64,000 nucleotides of DNA from Mobula hypostoma (GCF_963921235.1 NC_086097.1:123630001-123694000), one strand, 5' to 3'. Positions 25,191-37,749 are shown, numbered from the stretch's first letter. Notes: generated from the letters alone by a model not told the origin. Program-made: numbers and translations.

Positions 25191-25749
25191 AGAGCATGGG
25201 ACCAGTAGTTTTAGTGTAATGATGGTGTGAGGGCCTTTCTGCAGCACTAAATTACAGACCATGGAGGAAACAGTTCTGTTGTTGTGCCTCACGAGTATTC
25301 AGTTTAGGCTCCTTGACCTGTTTTGATTCTATTCTTTCAAGCATGATGGCAGTATGATACAGCATACCAGAGAATATAGCTGATTTATATTCAGATTTAT
25401 TTGCCACATGTACATCGGAACATACAGTGAAATGTGCTACATCCATTAACATCCAACACAACATAGAGATGTGCTGGTGACGGCCCACAAGTGTTGCCAC
25501 CACAGCATGCACACAATGTTCCACAGAACAGCACAGAGCACAAGCAACAAAACAACAACAGCAAACAAACCCCTCACTCACAAAATCCCACCCATACACA
25601 CAGACAGTCCTCAAACTCCAGCTGATATGAAATAAAGACTGCGACTCCATAATAATTGTGCAGTAGTCAATTCTATCAGTGCTGAGATGAGCAGATACAT
25701 CTCAGCCGGTATAATGGTGCCTCAGGTCCATTTTAGTTCTTTACATTTT

Positions 25750-26300
25750 CAGACATCCCACCCTGCAAAAACTCATTTCAGGGAGGTAGCACCATCAATT
25801 TGCAGGAGACTTCCGGAACTTCCGGGAGAGGTGGGATGTCTGCAATAGAGTAGCTCCTTAGCAGCTAGCCAGCTAGTTTAAATAACGTTAGCTATGCTAA
25901 TGAACGAATGACACCTGTTAAACTCACCTCAACATGTCTTTTACAGTCTTAACCCACCATGGGCAATAGAAAAGTCACTGTTGCAAACAGTGCAGCGAGC
26001 AATACTGTCATTATTTTTGACCCCTATTAGGTAGGGGTACACTTTAATGTAGTCTGGGGTGGCGTACTGTATGTTTTATATTTTTTTTTGGAACACTCTG
26101 CCACTCTGACTTTTTTTGGAACTCTCTCGCTCTTGCTCTTGCTCTCGCTCTCTCTCTCTCACTCGCGCTTGCTTTCTTTCTCTCACGCTCACTCTCAAAA
26201 AAATCAATTTTGGGGACATTGTATATAATTTGCGGGCATCAGGGAGCCACTATTAATATGCGGGAGACTCCCGGAACTTCTGGGAGAGGTGGGATGTCTG
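25750..26300. mobile_element. Non-autonomous DNA transposon with 6-bp TSD (hAT6/hATx-like)
   Basis: TIR CAGACATCCCACC / GGTGGGATGTCTG; TSD CATTTT at 25744-25749 and 26301-26306. Confidence 0.85.
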
Positions 26301-27094
26301 CATTTTATTTCATTCAGCAGCTTTCTGGATACAGCCAGCAAGGTCAGTAGTGAAACTACCAAGCCACACATGGAGATGAGTACTGAAATTAGCACACAGA
26401 ATACATTTTTTCACTTCCTTTATCATAGTGTTTCTTTCCAGGATTGTTCAGCACAGTGTAGTATTTATTTATCATCTGAGTGAGGTACTTGAGGAAGTTC
26501 CATAGTCTGTCATAAGTGAAAGCCATCTTAAGGATCTCCAGGGTCACTCTCTGCCGTAGCCGCAAGACAAATATTCATCTTCTAATTTGCAATCAGAAAT
26601 GAGAAATTCTTTTAAATCCTGATCAAGATCACTATCAACCAAGGGTTTAAAAAGGCAGGCTCTGTTTGGGTGTGGTCAATAATCAGTTTTAATTTCCAAG
26701 GTTTGACCGCAATTATGGACTCAATGTCATTCAAATACTTTAAAATAAAATTTGCTTGTTTAAAATAAGCAAATTAAACACTCTCATGCAAGCAATTCCA
26801 TTCCTGCCTTTGGACCGTTTTGGGTTCAGGGAAAGATACCGAAGTGAGCCAGTTTTGTTCTGCAAATGTGGAATGCACTGCTATCTGGATTATTTCAAGA
26901 AAGTCTCCTAAGGTAACCATATTTTCATATTTAAAATAACAGAAGATCTTCCAAAAGAAAATACTTGCAGCTTGAAACAAACGCACAGATTTGCACTTAT
27001 GTAACCCTTTTCACATCCCGTTCAACAAATGAAAAGTATTTTCCAGGCCACAGCTTTCTTTCAGCCGTGCCATCTAATAATCACTAAGAAACAC

Positions 27095-27155
27095 AGTTAA
27101 CGTGCGATCTGAAAGAAAGCACCTCCAACGATAAGGTGCTCTCTCAGCACAACAC
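27095..27155 (-). mobile_element. Possible DeuSINE fragment
   Basis: TTAACGTGCGATCTGAAAGAAAGCACCTCCAAC..CTCTCTCAGCAC resembles a recalled shark DeuSINE body; short and diverged. Confidence 0.35.
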
Positions 27156-27529
27156 CAGAAGAAGGAGTGCTACCTACACCAGGAAAGTTCCCAGATTTGT
27201 CCAGCATCTTCACCTGATGTTTGGCTCTGAAGTAAGGTCCAGGTCCTAGATCATCTCATCTCTTCTCGAATACCTTATGCGGCAGGCAGAAAGGTTCATA
27301 ATGCTGTAAATTGTAGATTACATGTCACGTACTTTCAGGCTGTCTATCAGCTGACACTCATTGAACATCCCGAAGGCATGAGAGGCAAGTGAGAATGAGT
27401 CTTCAATGTGCCATTCATATGCATTTGGAAAAATGTCTTGTTTAAATGTTTTTGTTTAATAATTCATGCATTTTCCTTACAAGTTTGTCATATACGCTCA
27501 GTGCCAAGGGAGATATTGGCATCCATGTC

Positions 27530-28630
27530 CATTGGACACAAAGCTATTGCGCAAGTTGACAGTGTCATTAAGAAAGCATATGGTGTGTTGCCTTCATCAA
27601 TCATGGGATTGAGTTCAAGAGCCATGAGGTAATGTTTCAGCTATATAAGACCTTAGTTAGACCCCACTGTGTTCAGTTCTGGTCACCGCATCACAGGAAG
27701 GATGTGGATACTACAGAGAGAGTGCAGAGGAGATTACAAGGATGTTGCCTGGATTGGAGACCATGCCTTATGAGAATAGGTTGAACAAACTTGGCTCAAG
27801 TTTTCTCCTTGGAGTGATGGAGGATGAGAGGTGACTTGACAGAGGTGTATAACATGATGAGGGGTGACTTGATAGAGGTGTATAACATGATGAGAGGTAA
27901 CTTGACAGAGGTGTATAACATGATGAGAGGTAACTTGACAGAGGTGTATAACATGATGAGGGGTGACTTGACAGAGGTGTATAACATGATGAGGGGTGAC
28001 TTGATAGAGGTGTATAACATGATGAGGGGTGACTTGACAGAGGTGTATAACATGATGAGGGGTGACTTGACAGAGGTGTATAACATGATGAGGGGTGAGA
28101 GGTGTATAACATGATGAGGGATGACTTGACAGAGGTGTATAACATGATGAGAGGTGACTTGACAGAGGTGTATAACATGATGAGGGGTGACTTGACAGAG
28201 GTGTATAACATGATGAGAGGTGACTTGACAGAGGTGTATAACATGATGAGAGGTGACTTGATAGAGGTGTATAACATGATGAGAGGCATTGATCATGTGG
28301 ATGGCCAGAGGCTTTTTCCCAGGGCTGAACTGGCTAACACGAGGGGGCGTAGTTTTAAGGTGCTTGGAAGTAATTACAGGGGGATGTCAGAGGTAAGTTT
28401 TTCACACAGAGAGTGGTGGGTGCATGGAATACATTGTTAGCAACAGTGGTAGAGGTGGATACAATAGGGTCTTTCAAGAGACTCTTAGGTACATCGAGTT
28501 TAGAAAAATAGAGGGCTATGCAGTAGGGAAATTCTAGACAGTTTCTAGGGTAGGTTACATGGTCAGCACAACATTGTGGGCTGAAGGGCCTGTAATGTGC
28601 TGTAGATTTCTATGTTCTATGTTATGTTCT
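27530..28630 (+). mobile_element. CR1 3' fragment containing a minisatellite
   Basis: QVDSVIKKAYG, LYKTLVRP, RGDLIEVY, LFPRAELANTRG motifs; (TTCTATG)n tail. Confidence 0.9.
27824..28287 (+). repeat. 33-bp tandem repeat, about 14 units (ATGAGRGGTGACTTGAYAGAGGTGTATAACATG)
   Basis: Directly visible; each unit encodes MRGDLTEVYNM; one unit lacks 7 nt. Confidence 0.97.
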
Positions 28631-29035
28631 ACTTTTTGCTCTATTATATGCCCTTTCTTTGGCTCTTATATTGGCTTTGACTTCTCTTGTTAGTAATGGT
28701 TGTGTCATCTTTCCTTTAGAATACTTCTTCCTCTTTGGAATGTATATATCCTGTGCCTTCCAAATTGCTTCCAGAAATTCCAGCCATTGCTGCTCTGCCA
28801 TCATCTCTGCCAGTGTTCTTTTCCAATTCATTCTGGCCAACTCCTCTCTCATGCCTCTGTTATTCCCTTTATTCTACTGTGATACTGATACTTCTGACTT
28901 TAGCTTCTTCTCAAAACTCAGGGTGAATTCAATCATAAGTGTGATCACTTTCCCTTAAGGGTTCTTTTACCTTAAGGGCTCTCTAATCAATTCTGACTAA
29001 TTGCACAACACCCAATCCAGAATAGCTGATCCTCT

Positions 29036-29161
29036 GACGAAGGGTCTTGGCCCGAAACGTCGACTGTACTTCTCCCTATAAATGCTGCCTGGCTTGCCGC
29101 GTTCCACCAACATTGTGTGTGTTGCTTGAATTTCCAGCATCTGCAGATTTCCTCGTGTTAA
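29036..29161 (+). mobile_element. 126-bp Penelope terminal fragment starting at the hammerhead core
   Basis: TSD CTGATCCTCT at 29026-29035 and 29162-29171; CTGACGA..GAAACGTCGAC at 29034-29064. Confidence 0.85.
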
Positions 29162-29878
29162 CTGATCCTCTAGTGGGCTCAACCACGAGCTGCCCTAAAA
29201 AGTCATCTTGTAGGCACTCTAGAAATTCCTCTTCCTGTAATCCAGCACCAGCCTGATTTTCCCAATCTACCTGCATAATGAATTCCCCTGTGACTATTGT
29301 AACATTGCCCTTTGGGCATGTATTTTCTATCTCCTGCTGTAATTTGTAGGCCACATCCTTACTACTGTTTGGGGGTTTGTATACAACTCCCATCAGGGCC
29401 TTTTTACCCTTGCAGTTCCTTAGGTCTATCCACAATGATTCAACACCTTCCAACCCTATGTTACCTCTTTCTAATGATTTGATTTCATTTTTTACCAACA
29501 GAGCAACGCCACCCGCTCTGCCTTCCTGCTTACCCTTCCTTTACAATGTGTATTCTTGGACATTAAGCTCCCAGGTATAATCTTTCAGTCATGATTCAGT
29601 GATGCCTACAATATCATACCTGTCAATCTGCAACTGTGCGGCAAGTTCTTCTACCTTATTCTGTATACTGCACACATTCAGATACACCTTCAGTCCTGAA
29701 TTCACTCTTTTTGATTCTGTCTGCTTTTTACGTTGCATCTCATCCTATTGACTGCAATTTTGCACTATCAATAGCCTCTCCTCACTACATATTGCCTCTG
29801 TTTGTAAACCAGCCACCCTCATCTTCAGCACTATTATCCGCCTTTCCTATGATACTTCTTGCATTGAAGTATACGAAT

Positions 29879-30520
29879 TTGCATCCGGTGCTCCCGGTAC
29901 GGCCTCCTCTACATCGGTGAAACCCGACGCAGATTGGGGGACCGCTTCGTCTAGCAGCTCCGCTCCTTCCACCAAAACAGACAGGATCTCCCAGTAGCCA
30001 CCCACTTCAACTCTGCTTCCCACTCCCATTCAGATATGTCCATACATGGCCTCCTCTACTGCCATGATGAGGCTAAACTCAGGTTGGAGGAGCAACACCT
30101 CATATACCGTCTAGGTAGTCTCCAGCCCCTTGGTATGAAAATAGAATTCTCCAATTTCCGGTAATTCCCTCCCCCTCCCTTCCCCCACCCCTATGTCACT
30201 CTGCCCCCTCCCCCAGCTGCCTACCTCCTTCCTCTTGGTTCTGCCTCCTTCTACTAACCATTGTGTTTTCCCCTATTCTTTCTTCACCTTTCCTGCCTAT
30301 CACCTCCCTGCCTCCCTTCCCCCACCCCTTTATCTTTCCCCTTACTGGTTTTTCACCTGGAACCTACCAGCCTTCTCCTTCCCACCCTCCCCCCACCTTC
30401 TTTATAGGGCCTCTGCCCCTTCCCCCTACAGTCCTGACGAAGGGTTCCAGCCCGAAACGTCGACCGATCTTTTCCACTGATGCTGCCCGACCTGCTGAGT
30501 TCCTCGAGCGTGTTGTGAGC
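29879..30520 (+). mobile_element. Penelope-like element 3' part (GIY-YIG plus terminal repeat with hammerhead at about 30431-30464)
   Basis: CSRYGLLYIGETRRRLGDRF; 13-bp TSD GAAGTATACGAAT at 29866-29878 and 30521-30533. Confidence 0.92.
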
Positions 30521-31578
30521 GAAGTATACGAATCTCAGGACACTAGTTACACTATGCTTAACCTTTTGATTCCTAACTTTGTCTGAGGTCTTACCGGCAT
30601 CTGCCTCCACAACCTCTCCACTAACTGTTCTGGTGCTTTGTTTCCTAACCCCCTGCAATTCTACTTTAAACTCCACTATGCAGCACTAACAAGCCTTCTC
30701 GCTAGGATATTAGTCCCCTTGCAGTTCAAGTGTAAATCGTCTCTTCTGTACAAGTATCACCTTCCCAGGGAGAGAGCCCAATGATCCCAAAATCTTGTGC
30801 CTTCCCTCCTACAGAAACTCCTTAGCCACGTGTTAAACTGTATAATCTTCCTAGTTCTAGCCTCACCAGCACATGGCACAGGTAGCATTCCTGAGATCAC
30901 AATCCTGGAGGTCCTGCCCTTTAACTTAGCACTTAACTCCCTGAACTCCCTATGCGGAACCTTGTCACTCATCCTACCCATGTCATTGATACCTACATGG
31001 ACCACGACTTTAGGCTGTTCACCCTCCCACTTAAGAATGCTAAGGATTTAATCCAAGATATCCCAGACCCCAGTAGCCGGAGGCAACATACCATCCGGGA
31101 ATCTTGTTCTCACCCACAGAACCTTCTGTCCATTCTCCCTAAGGAATCCCCTATCACCACAGCATGCCTCTACTCCACCCCCCACCCCGCCGCGAGTCTC
31201 AGGGGTAGACTCTGTGCCTGAGACCCAACCACTGTTAGGTCATCCATCCCCGACAGTATCCAAAGTAGTATACCTTTTGTTGAGGGGGATGGCTACAGAG
31301 GTACTCTGCACTGGCTCCTTAACCCCTTTCCCCTTCCTGACTGCCACCCAATTTCTTATGTCCTGCACCTTGGGTGTAATTACCTCTCTATATGTCCTAT
31401 CTGTCACCCCTTTGACCTCCTGAATGATCCAGAGTTCACTCAGTTCTAGCTCCAACTCCGTTACGCAGTTTGTAGTCATTAGGGACACTGGAGGTCTCCT
31501 TGCCTTCCCACATCCTGCAAGCAGAGCATTTCAATATCTTGCCTGATATCACTACTGTCCCTAGCTGAGCGGATATAA

Positions 31579-32216
31579 CAGACAACCCACCCTGCAAAAA
31601 CTCATTTCAGGGAGGTAGCACCACCATTTCAGGGAGGTAGCACCCCCACCCTCGCAACCCCATATCCCACCCCCACCCCGGTCGACCTCCAAGGGTGTAT
31701 GTAATACTTTGTTTAGTGATTTTGTCTAATCTGTAAACCAAGTTGGGTATATGCAGAAAATGTGACATTAAAATATGTACTTATATTATATTATCATGTT
31801 TATTCTATTACAACTTAAAGCAAGTCTACAGGGAGCTTGGCCTCATCATGTAGGACATCAATAGAGTAGCTCCTTGGCAGCTAGCCAGCTAGTTTAAATA
31901 ATATTAGCTATGCTAATGAACAAATGACACCTGTTAAACTCACCTCAACATGTCATTTTAACCCACCATGGGCAATAGAAAAGTCACTGTTGCAAACAGT
32001 ACAGCAAGCAACACTGGCATTATTTTTGAGGTCGACGGTAAAGCCCGCCCACAGAGAAAACTGATAGGTCTACTTAGCACGAAAAGAGACCAATCAGGAT
32101 GCTCCCCCTCTCCAAAAAATCGATTTCCGGGATATTGTATATAATGTCCGGGTGTCAGGGAGCTACTATCAATATATGGGAGACTCCTGGAACTTCCGGG
32201 AGAGGTGGGATGTCTG
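31579..32216. mobile_element. Second copy of the 6-bp-TSD MITE
   Basis: CAGACAACCCACC...GGTGGGATGTCTG; TSD ATATAA at 31573-31578 and 32217-32222; shares internal blocks with 25750-26300. Confidence 0.88.
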
Positions 32217-32509
32217 ATATAAAGAGAATGAAAACACTTGAGCTTTTCCTTCCTTTGCTTTCTCTGAAGCCTCTCTTTGACGAAGCCTCACGATCACTAC
32301 TAAGATGACAGCCGCTGCACTTGCCGCTGCCTTCCTTTAATTTGCTCTGACCAGTCAATCCCAGATACTGACTGGTCGCTGGTCAGAGATCTATTACCCT
32401 GCTGCAGCTGCCTTTTATCCTCAGGCAGTGGATCTGATTGAAGTCCTCTCTCTTCAAACTTTCAATGTCCAGATTGGAAGCTCGAGTCAAAACTGTGCAA
32501 TGCATCATT

Positions 32510-32970
32510 GGCACAAGCCTACCCACCATCAAGGACATAAATACAGAAAGGTATACACAAGAGAGCCAGTAACATCATGAGGATCCCACCCACCCAGCTC
32601 ATGGACTGTTTGTCCCAATCCATCAGAGAGGAAGCTACGTAGCATCCACCCACCAGGACCTCTAGATTCAAAAATGATTACTTTCCCCAAGCAGTAAGAC
32701 TGATCAACACCTCCACCCATTAACCCATCCCCAACCACCACTACTTTATCATTTCCTGTCTTTCACCTTAAGGACAGACACTCCAGTGTCTAGCATCATT
32801 TTACGGACATACAATCAATTTGTGTACATAAGCTACCTTGTTTATTTATATTTATTTTGCCTTTTTTTTAATCATTATTGTGCTCTTTATCTTATTGTGA
32901 TTTTTGTACTGCCTCGGAGCCGTTCGTTCTCCTTTACACTTGTGTACTGGAAATCACATTAAACAATCTT
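32510..32970 (+). mobile_element. Rex1/Babar-type LINE 3' fragment
   Basis: RASNIMRIPPTQ/HPAH-like region, FFPQAVRL-like end, T-rich 3'UTR. Confidence 0.65.
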
Positions 32971-33149
32971 AAAAGGCAAAGTTTCCACATATTCAAGAAG
33001 CAGCTCTAAGTTTCTTGACTCTTTCAGACTAAATATTTCAAAGCAGACAATTTCTAGCATGCTAGAACGTGTGCATTTAAATATATATGTATATATTTTA
33101 AACTATGATATGTTTTAGAATTTAAAACAAAACACTGGATGTTTATGCC

Positions 33150-33240
33150 TCCGTAATAGGCCGCGTCTCTATGACAGCGAGGAGCAGTTGTGTTAGTGCG
33201 CCTGCGCGATAGACAGAGGCTCAGCCCCACCGGCAAGATG
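33150..33240 (+). promoter_or_regulatory. TMX3 core promoter region (possibly bidirectional)
   Basis: Local CpG enrichment; NRF1-like TGCGCCTGCGCG at 33197-33208; YY1-like CAAGATGGC over the ATG; RFX X-box-like GTCTCTATGACAGC at 33165-33178. Confidence 0.6.
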
Positions 33241-33277
33241 GCAGTGGCAGTGCGGCTTGTGCTGCTGGTATGTGGAG
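33238..33277 (+). CDS. TMX3: TMX3 coding exon 1 (signal peptide MAVAVRLVLLVCG)
   Basis: Kozak-type caagATGG; donor GAG|gtgagt, phase 1; splices in frame to exon 2. Confidence 0.85.
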
Positions 33278-33424
33278 GTGAGTGAGCGCTAACGACTGTT
33301 CCGTGCTTCCCGAATCATGAAGTGCCATCAGGCATCAAAGGGAGAAAAGGGCACAAGCAAAACAATTCATCGGTTTACTCAGTGCCTTTGATTACAGTTT
33401 ATTTTCCTTTCTTTTCTGTTGCAG

Positions 33425-33479
33425 CTACAGTCTTCCGGACCGCTGCGGTGTCTTCCTTTGCTATAGATTTGGATGACTC
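33425..33479 (+). CDS. TMX3: TMX3 coding exon 2 (55 nt; ATVFRTAAVSSFAIDLDDS)
   Basis: Polypyrimidine tract with gcag acceptor, gtaagt donor; FAIDLDDS parallels vertebrate TMX3 FVEDLDES. Confidence 0.88.
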
Positions 33480-34689
33480 GTAAGTTGTCAGTAACGTTAT
33501 CTGTCACAGCTCTGTTGAATCGGGTATAAAACTGTGTAAATTCCGAGGTGACAAGTTGCAAATCAGTCATCCCCATATGCATTTGTCAAAAGTGCAATCT
33601 GTGCATTTTATTGAATGTCAATTAATTCCAGGCACGTTATTTCTTTTGAAAGGGGGTTGGGAAGAGTGCACCATTGGCCAACAGTCAAATGAATAAAATG
33701 ATGCTGTAAAGTGTTAAAGAAGCATTATGGGTATTTTTCCTAAAGCTAAATGTAATTCATAACGAGGCCTTAGCGTTGGAAAACATTCTGCAAATAATAT
33801 TCCTTAGGGAGCTAAAAATTCCTACCGCTAAGGTTAAGGCAGATGACTCTAATCAACTTTGAGCTCATTCCTTTTATTTTAAATGGTATCTAAGTTACTT
33901 TTATGTCGACCTAAATACACGTTATTTGAAAAAGTTAACCTATTTGAGTTTGTAGAACCAAATTCTGTAGAACTGATGTAGTCAAGTCAGCATTCTATAA
34001 TGAATGTAATGTTCATTTAATTGTTTGTTTATGCCTGTTTATTAGGAATACAGGCAACAATTAGCATATTAATGCATATGTTTCTGTAATTCATATGTTA
34101 TTTATATACAAGAATGGTATTTTAAATATTTGGCTATCATAGCCAAAACAAATTTTATAAGCTATAGGAGCTATAGGTAGTCTTTGGTACACTGTATGTC
34201 GGTGATTATGCTATTGATTTTAGGCAGTGTATGCATGTTTTATTTGAAATATCTTTCCGTAACATAAAGATGCTATTTGAATGTGCAAAGTTCCAACTGT
34301 TTAGTCTTGGAGTTGGTATGACCCTTGTATTAATAGTTTAAGCATGGTTGCTATATATTGTGTTCGCATCACTGAAGTTTATGTTGTGTCTTTACTGGAA
34401 GTAAGCAAACTGTTTCATGTTATTCACGCAAAAACCTGGTATAGTCATTAAAAATACATGTCCATGTTGAGGAACATTTTATAAGTTATTTTGTTGGACA
34501 ATATGTACTTCAAATATTAGAGACGAGAGCAGATGCTGGAATCTAGAGCAACCAATTCTGGCAGTATCTGTAGGAGAGTGAATCCATCTGCACATCAACC
34601 TTCAAGCCCTCTCAGTTTATCGCCAATTGGCTTCTATCTCTTTACGTATCCCCTTTATATTGCTTATCATCCATCTCCGTTCTGTCCTG

Positions 34690-34910
34690 ATCAACACATG
34701 CGAAATGCTGGAGGAACTCGACAGTTCAGGTAGCCTTTATGAAGGGAAGTGAACAGTCGACGTTTCAGGCCGAGACCCTTCATCGTGGGCAGAAAGGAAG
34801 AGAACAGAAGCCAGAATATTTTTTAAAAAGTTGGGAGGGGGGCAGCACAAACTGGCAGTTGGTAGGTGAATCCAGGTGAGGAGGGAAGGCAAGAGAGTGG
34901 GGCATGGACT
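34690..34910 (-). mobile_element. Penelope terminal-repeat fragment with degenerate hammerhead
   Basis: ATGCTGGAGGAACTC..CAGTCGACGTTTCAGGCCGAGACCCTTCATC. Confidence 0.75.
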
Positions 34911-35500
34911 AAGTTCAAGTTATTGTCATCTAACTACCCACATACACCTAAATGAAGCAATGTTCCTCTGGATGATGGTGCACCAACAAAACATATATTA
35001 CACACAGAACATAAAACAAAATACTACCATGAATAAGTTAATAAAATATAATTCAAAATGCTTGTAGTGCACAACACAGGTAAACAATACAGTAACCAGC
35101 TCGTGGTCCTAATGACGCTACCTTCATGGCGGCGGTGTATTCATTAGTCTCATGGCCTGTGAGAAGAAGCTGTTACCCAGTTTGGCAGTTGTAGTCTTGA
35201 TACTCCTGTACCTCCTTCCTGACAGTAGTTGTCAGGTGTTAGGGATCCTCAACAATACTTTGGGCCCTTCACCGAGAACGCTTACAGTATATGTCACAAA
35301 TGGCGGGGGGAGGGGGGTTGGTTACGGAGAGACGCTGGTGATCTCTTGGCAGTGTTTACTGTTCTCTGGAGGGTCTTGTGGTCTGATGCCATACATACCA
35401 CACAAGGATGCAACCTGACAAGACACTCTCAGTGGTCTCCTGTAGAAGGTTGTTAGAATATGGGTGGGGAGCCTTGCATGCCTGAATCTCCTCAGAAAAT
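34910..35500 (-). mobile_element. Rex1/Babar-type LINE 3' fragment
   Basis: Tail AAGTTCAAGTTATTGTC; GAAGAAGCTGTT..CTCCTGTACCTCCTTCCTGA family motif. Confidence 0.65.
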
Positions 35501-35659
35501 GTAGAAGGTTGGGGGGTGGCTGGGTTTAACAGTCAAAATGTAATTGGCAACTGGTTGTATTGAATGTAATTTGATGGTGTTGCAATAAAAAATTAATAAT
35601 TAAAAAAAAGAAAATGTAGATGCTGCTGTGCCTTCTTGACTAATGAGGAAATGTTGTGG

Positions 35660-36440
35660 GTCCATTTGAGAAGCTGGTAGGCGGAAGAGGCAAAGAGCTG
35701 AAGAAGAAAGAATCTGAGAGGAGAGAACATGGAATAAAGGAGAGATGAGAAACCATAGGGAGGAAGGTGAAAGAGATAGGCAGGTTGTGAGGCTGGGGGA
35801 GGGGAAATATGAGGGTTAAGGGGGCCAGAGGGATATGGGAAACGGTGGTTGGGGGTTTGGAACAAAAGGGAGCGGTTACCGGAAGTTGGAAAAATTGATG
35901 TCATCAGGCTTGAAACTACTAAGACGCAATATGAGGTGTTGCTCTTCCAACGTTTGCCTGTCCTCAATGTGGCAGTAGAGGAGGCTGTGGACAGACATAT
36001 CAGTGTGGGAATGGGAAGTTGAAATAAAATGACTGGCCACTGGGAGATCCTGGCTGTTGCAGTGGACTAAGTCTACTGTCATCTCCTATCAGATTCCTCC
36101 TTCAACCCTTTGCCTCTTCCGCCTATCATCCCTTAGTTTCTCACATCAACCTCTTCCCCACAAACCTGGATTCATCTACCAGTACCTTTCAGTTTCTCAC
36201 ATCAACCTCTTCTCCCGCCAACCTGGATTCACCTACTACCTGCCTCCTTGTGCACTGTCCCCATCTTCTATTTTTATCTGGCTTCTGCTCCTTTCCTTCT
36301 CTGGCCTTGATGAAGGATCTCAGCCTGAAATGTCGACAGTACACTTCCCTCCATTGATGCTGCCTGACCTGCCGAGTTCCTCCAGTGTTTTGAGTGTGTT
36401 GTTCCAGACTTCTAGCTTCTCCAGGCTCTCTTGTGATCTT
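35660..36440. mobile_element. Penelope fragment with inverted arms
   Basis: Minus arm with GIY-YIG end (PVASHF, LEEQHLILRL) at 35660-36065, then a plus-strand tail with degenerate hammerhead at about 36305-36340. Confidence 0.75.
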
Positions 36441-37436
36441 ACTTGTGTAGAATATTCTCCACTGTTCATCAATAGAAGCCTTGTCTTGTTTGTGATGACA
36501 CATGTGTGCTAGTCCCGGGACAGATCCTCTAGTATTATCGTGCCAGGGAATTTTAAACCACTGACACTCTCCACCTCCAATCCTCTAATCAGGACCCATG
36601 ATCAAAACATTTTTAAAAGAATAGAGCTAAGTATACAATAAAAGAAAGAATTTGTTCATCATTGTTAGGTTCTCCAGTGTAAATAACCAGCAGTACAATT
36701 ATTAGTTCAGACGCTGAAGTAAGGAAAAAAGAATCAGTGTTGATGTAGGATATCCTGTATGCATTGTAATCATGAAAGCAAAGGGTTTAGCGAGTAAGGG
36801 CTTGCTGTGTGAGATTCAGACTTTTCATTGGCCCTTCGTATCCCATGTGTTACAGGTATTTATTTCAGATAATGTATAACTTGATATGAGATTTAACCTC
36901 ATCTATGTTATTTATAAATTTGCTGTGAGGTGTTTGTTTTCATGTCCATTCTTGAATGGAAGTTGCCTACTAACATATAAATGTAATTTTTAAATGAAAC
37001 AATGAAGCAAAACAGGAAGCGTTCTTCAGAAAGTAAAACAAAACTGGTGATAATCAAAAGACAGAATGCTAGAAATAGGTCAGACAGCATCAGACAAGAT
37101 AAAAATGGAGTTAGTATTTTGTGTCAGTGGCCCCCTTTCAGAACTGGGAAGAGCTAGAAGTAAATTGTACGGACAGGTGATGGCTGGGAAAAATCCAAAG
37201 GAAACATTTTCTATAGAGTGCAGACCAAGAGAAACTAAATGATTAAAGAGGTGCAAGCTGAGAGGGGATGATAAAGGCTTAGTAATAGCTGTTAAATCCT
37301 TTTTTTAAGTATAATTTTTGCTGCCTTTAATGTTTGGGTTCCTGACTTTTTCTAAATATAAATAAAGTGATGAGGGGTTGCCACATTTGCCAATGTTTGT
37401 TGCCTAAAATCTTCTGAAACTAAAGGTTTTAGCTGC

Positions 37437-37620
37437 ACAAGAGATTTTACAGATGATGGAAATCCAGAGTAACACACAAAGTACTGGGGGAATCCAGCAG
37501 GTCAGTCACCATCTATGGAAAGGAATAAAGAACGGTCTCAGCCTGAATGTTGACTTTTTATTCATCTCCATAGGTGCTGCCTGACCTGCTGAGTTCCTCC
37601 AATATCATGTGTGTTTTACT
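37437..37620. repeat. Palindromic Penelope-tail-derived mini-element
   Basis: Arms GAGTAACACACAAAGTACTGG..CAGCAGGTCAG..CATCTATGGA and TCCATAGGTGCTGCCTGACCTGCTG..TGTGTGTTTTACTC are inverted copies. Confidence 0.7.
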
Positions 37621-37749
37621 CTTAAAAGTTTTAGCTTTTTTAACTATCTTACTGCTTTCTTTAAACATAATATTTGTTTATTTTTAATGGAAAAATGATT
37701 TCAGCTCAATGTGGTTAATATATAGCCAAGTTTGACATTCTCCTTAGAG

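Larger units (their letters stand above)
28631..32480 (-). mobile_element. Decayed CR1 5' half with two Penelope inserts and one MITE
   Basis: ORF1 remnants (NWVAVRKGKG, VHVGINDMGR, SRIVISGMLPVP) and endonuclease remnants (VESLWIDLRNCKGKK, VVYKPPNS, AILDWVLCN). Confidence 0.88.

Noticed and set aside
26840..26912. Possible + strand exon ending AAG|gtaacc upstream of TMX3
   Set aside because: No convincing acceptor or recognisable peptide; upstream of the inferred promoter.
27824..28287. 33-bp repeat array as a CRISPR array or repeat-protein gene
   Set aside because: No spacers, eukaryotic context, and the unit is a CR1 ORF2 motif; the ORFs arise from the 33-nt periodicity.
33238..33277. Exon 1 as ATP6AP2 or a mitochondrial-protein gene
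   Set aside because: Downstream in-frame exons give DLDDSFKENREDDTWLVD, which is characteristic of TMX3.
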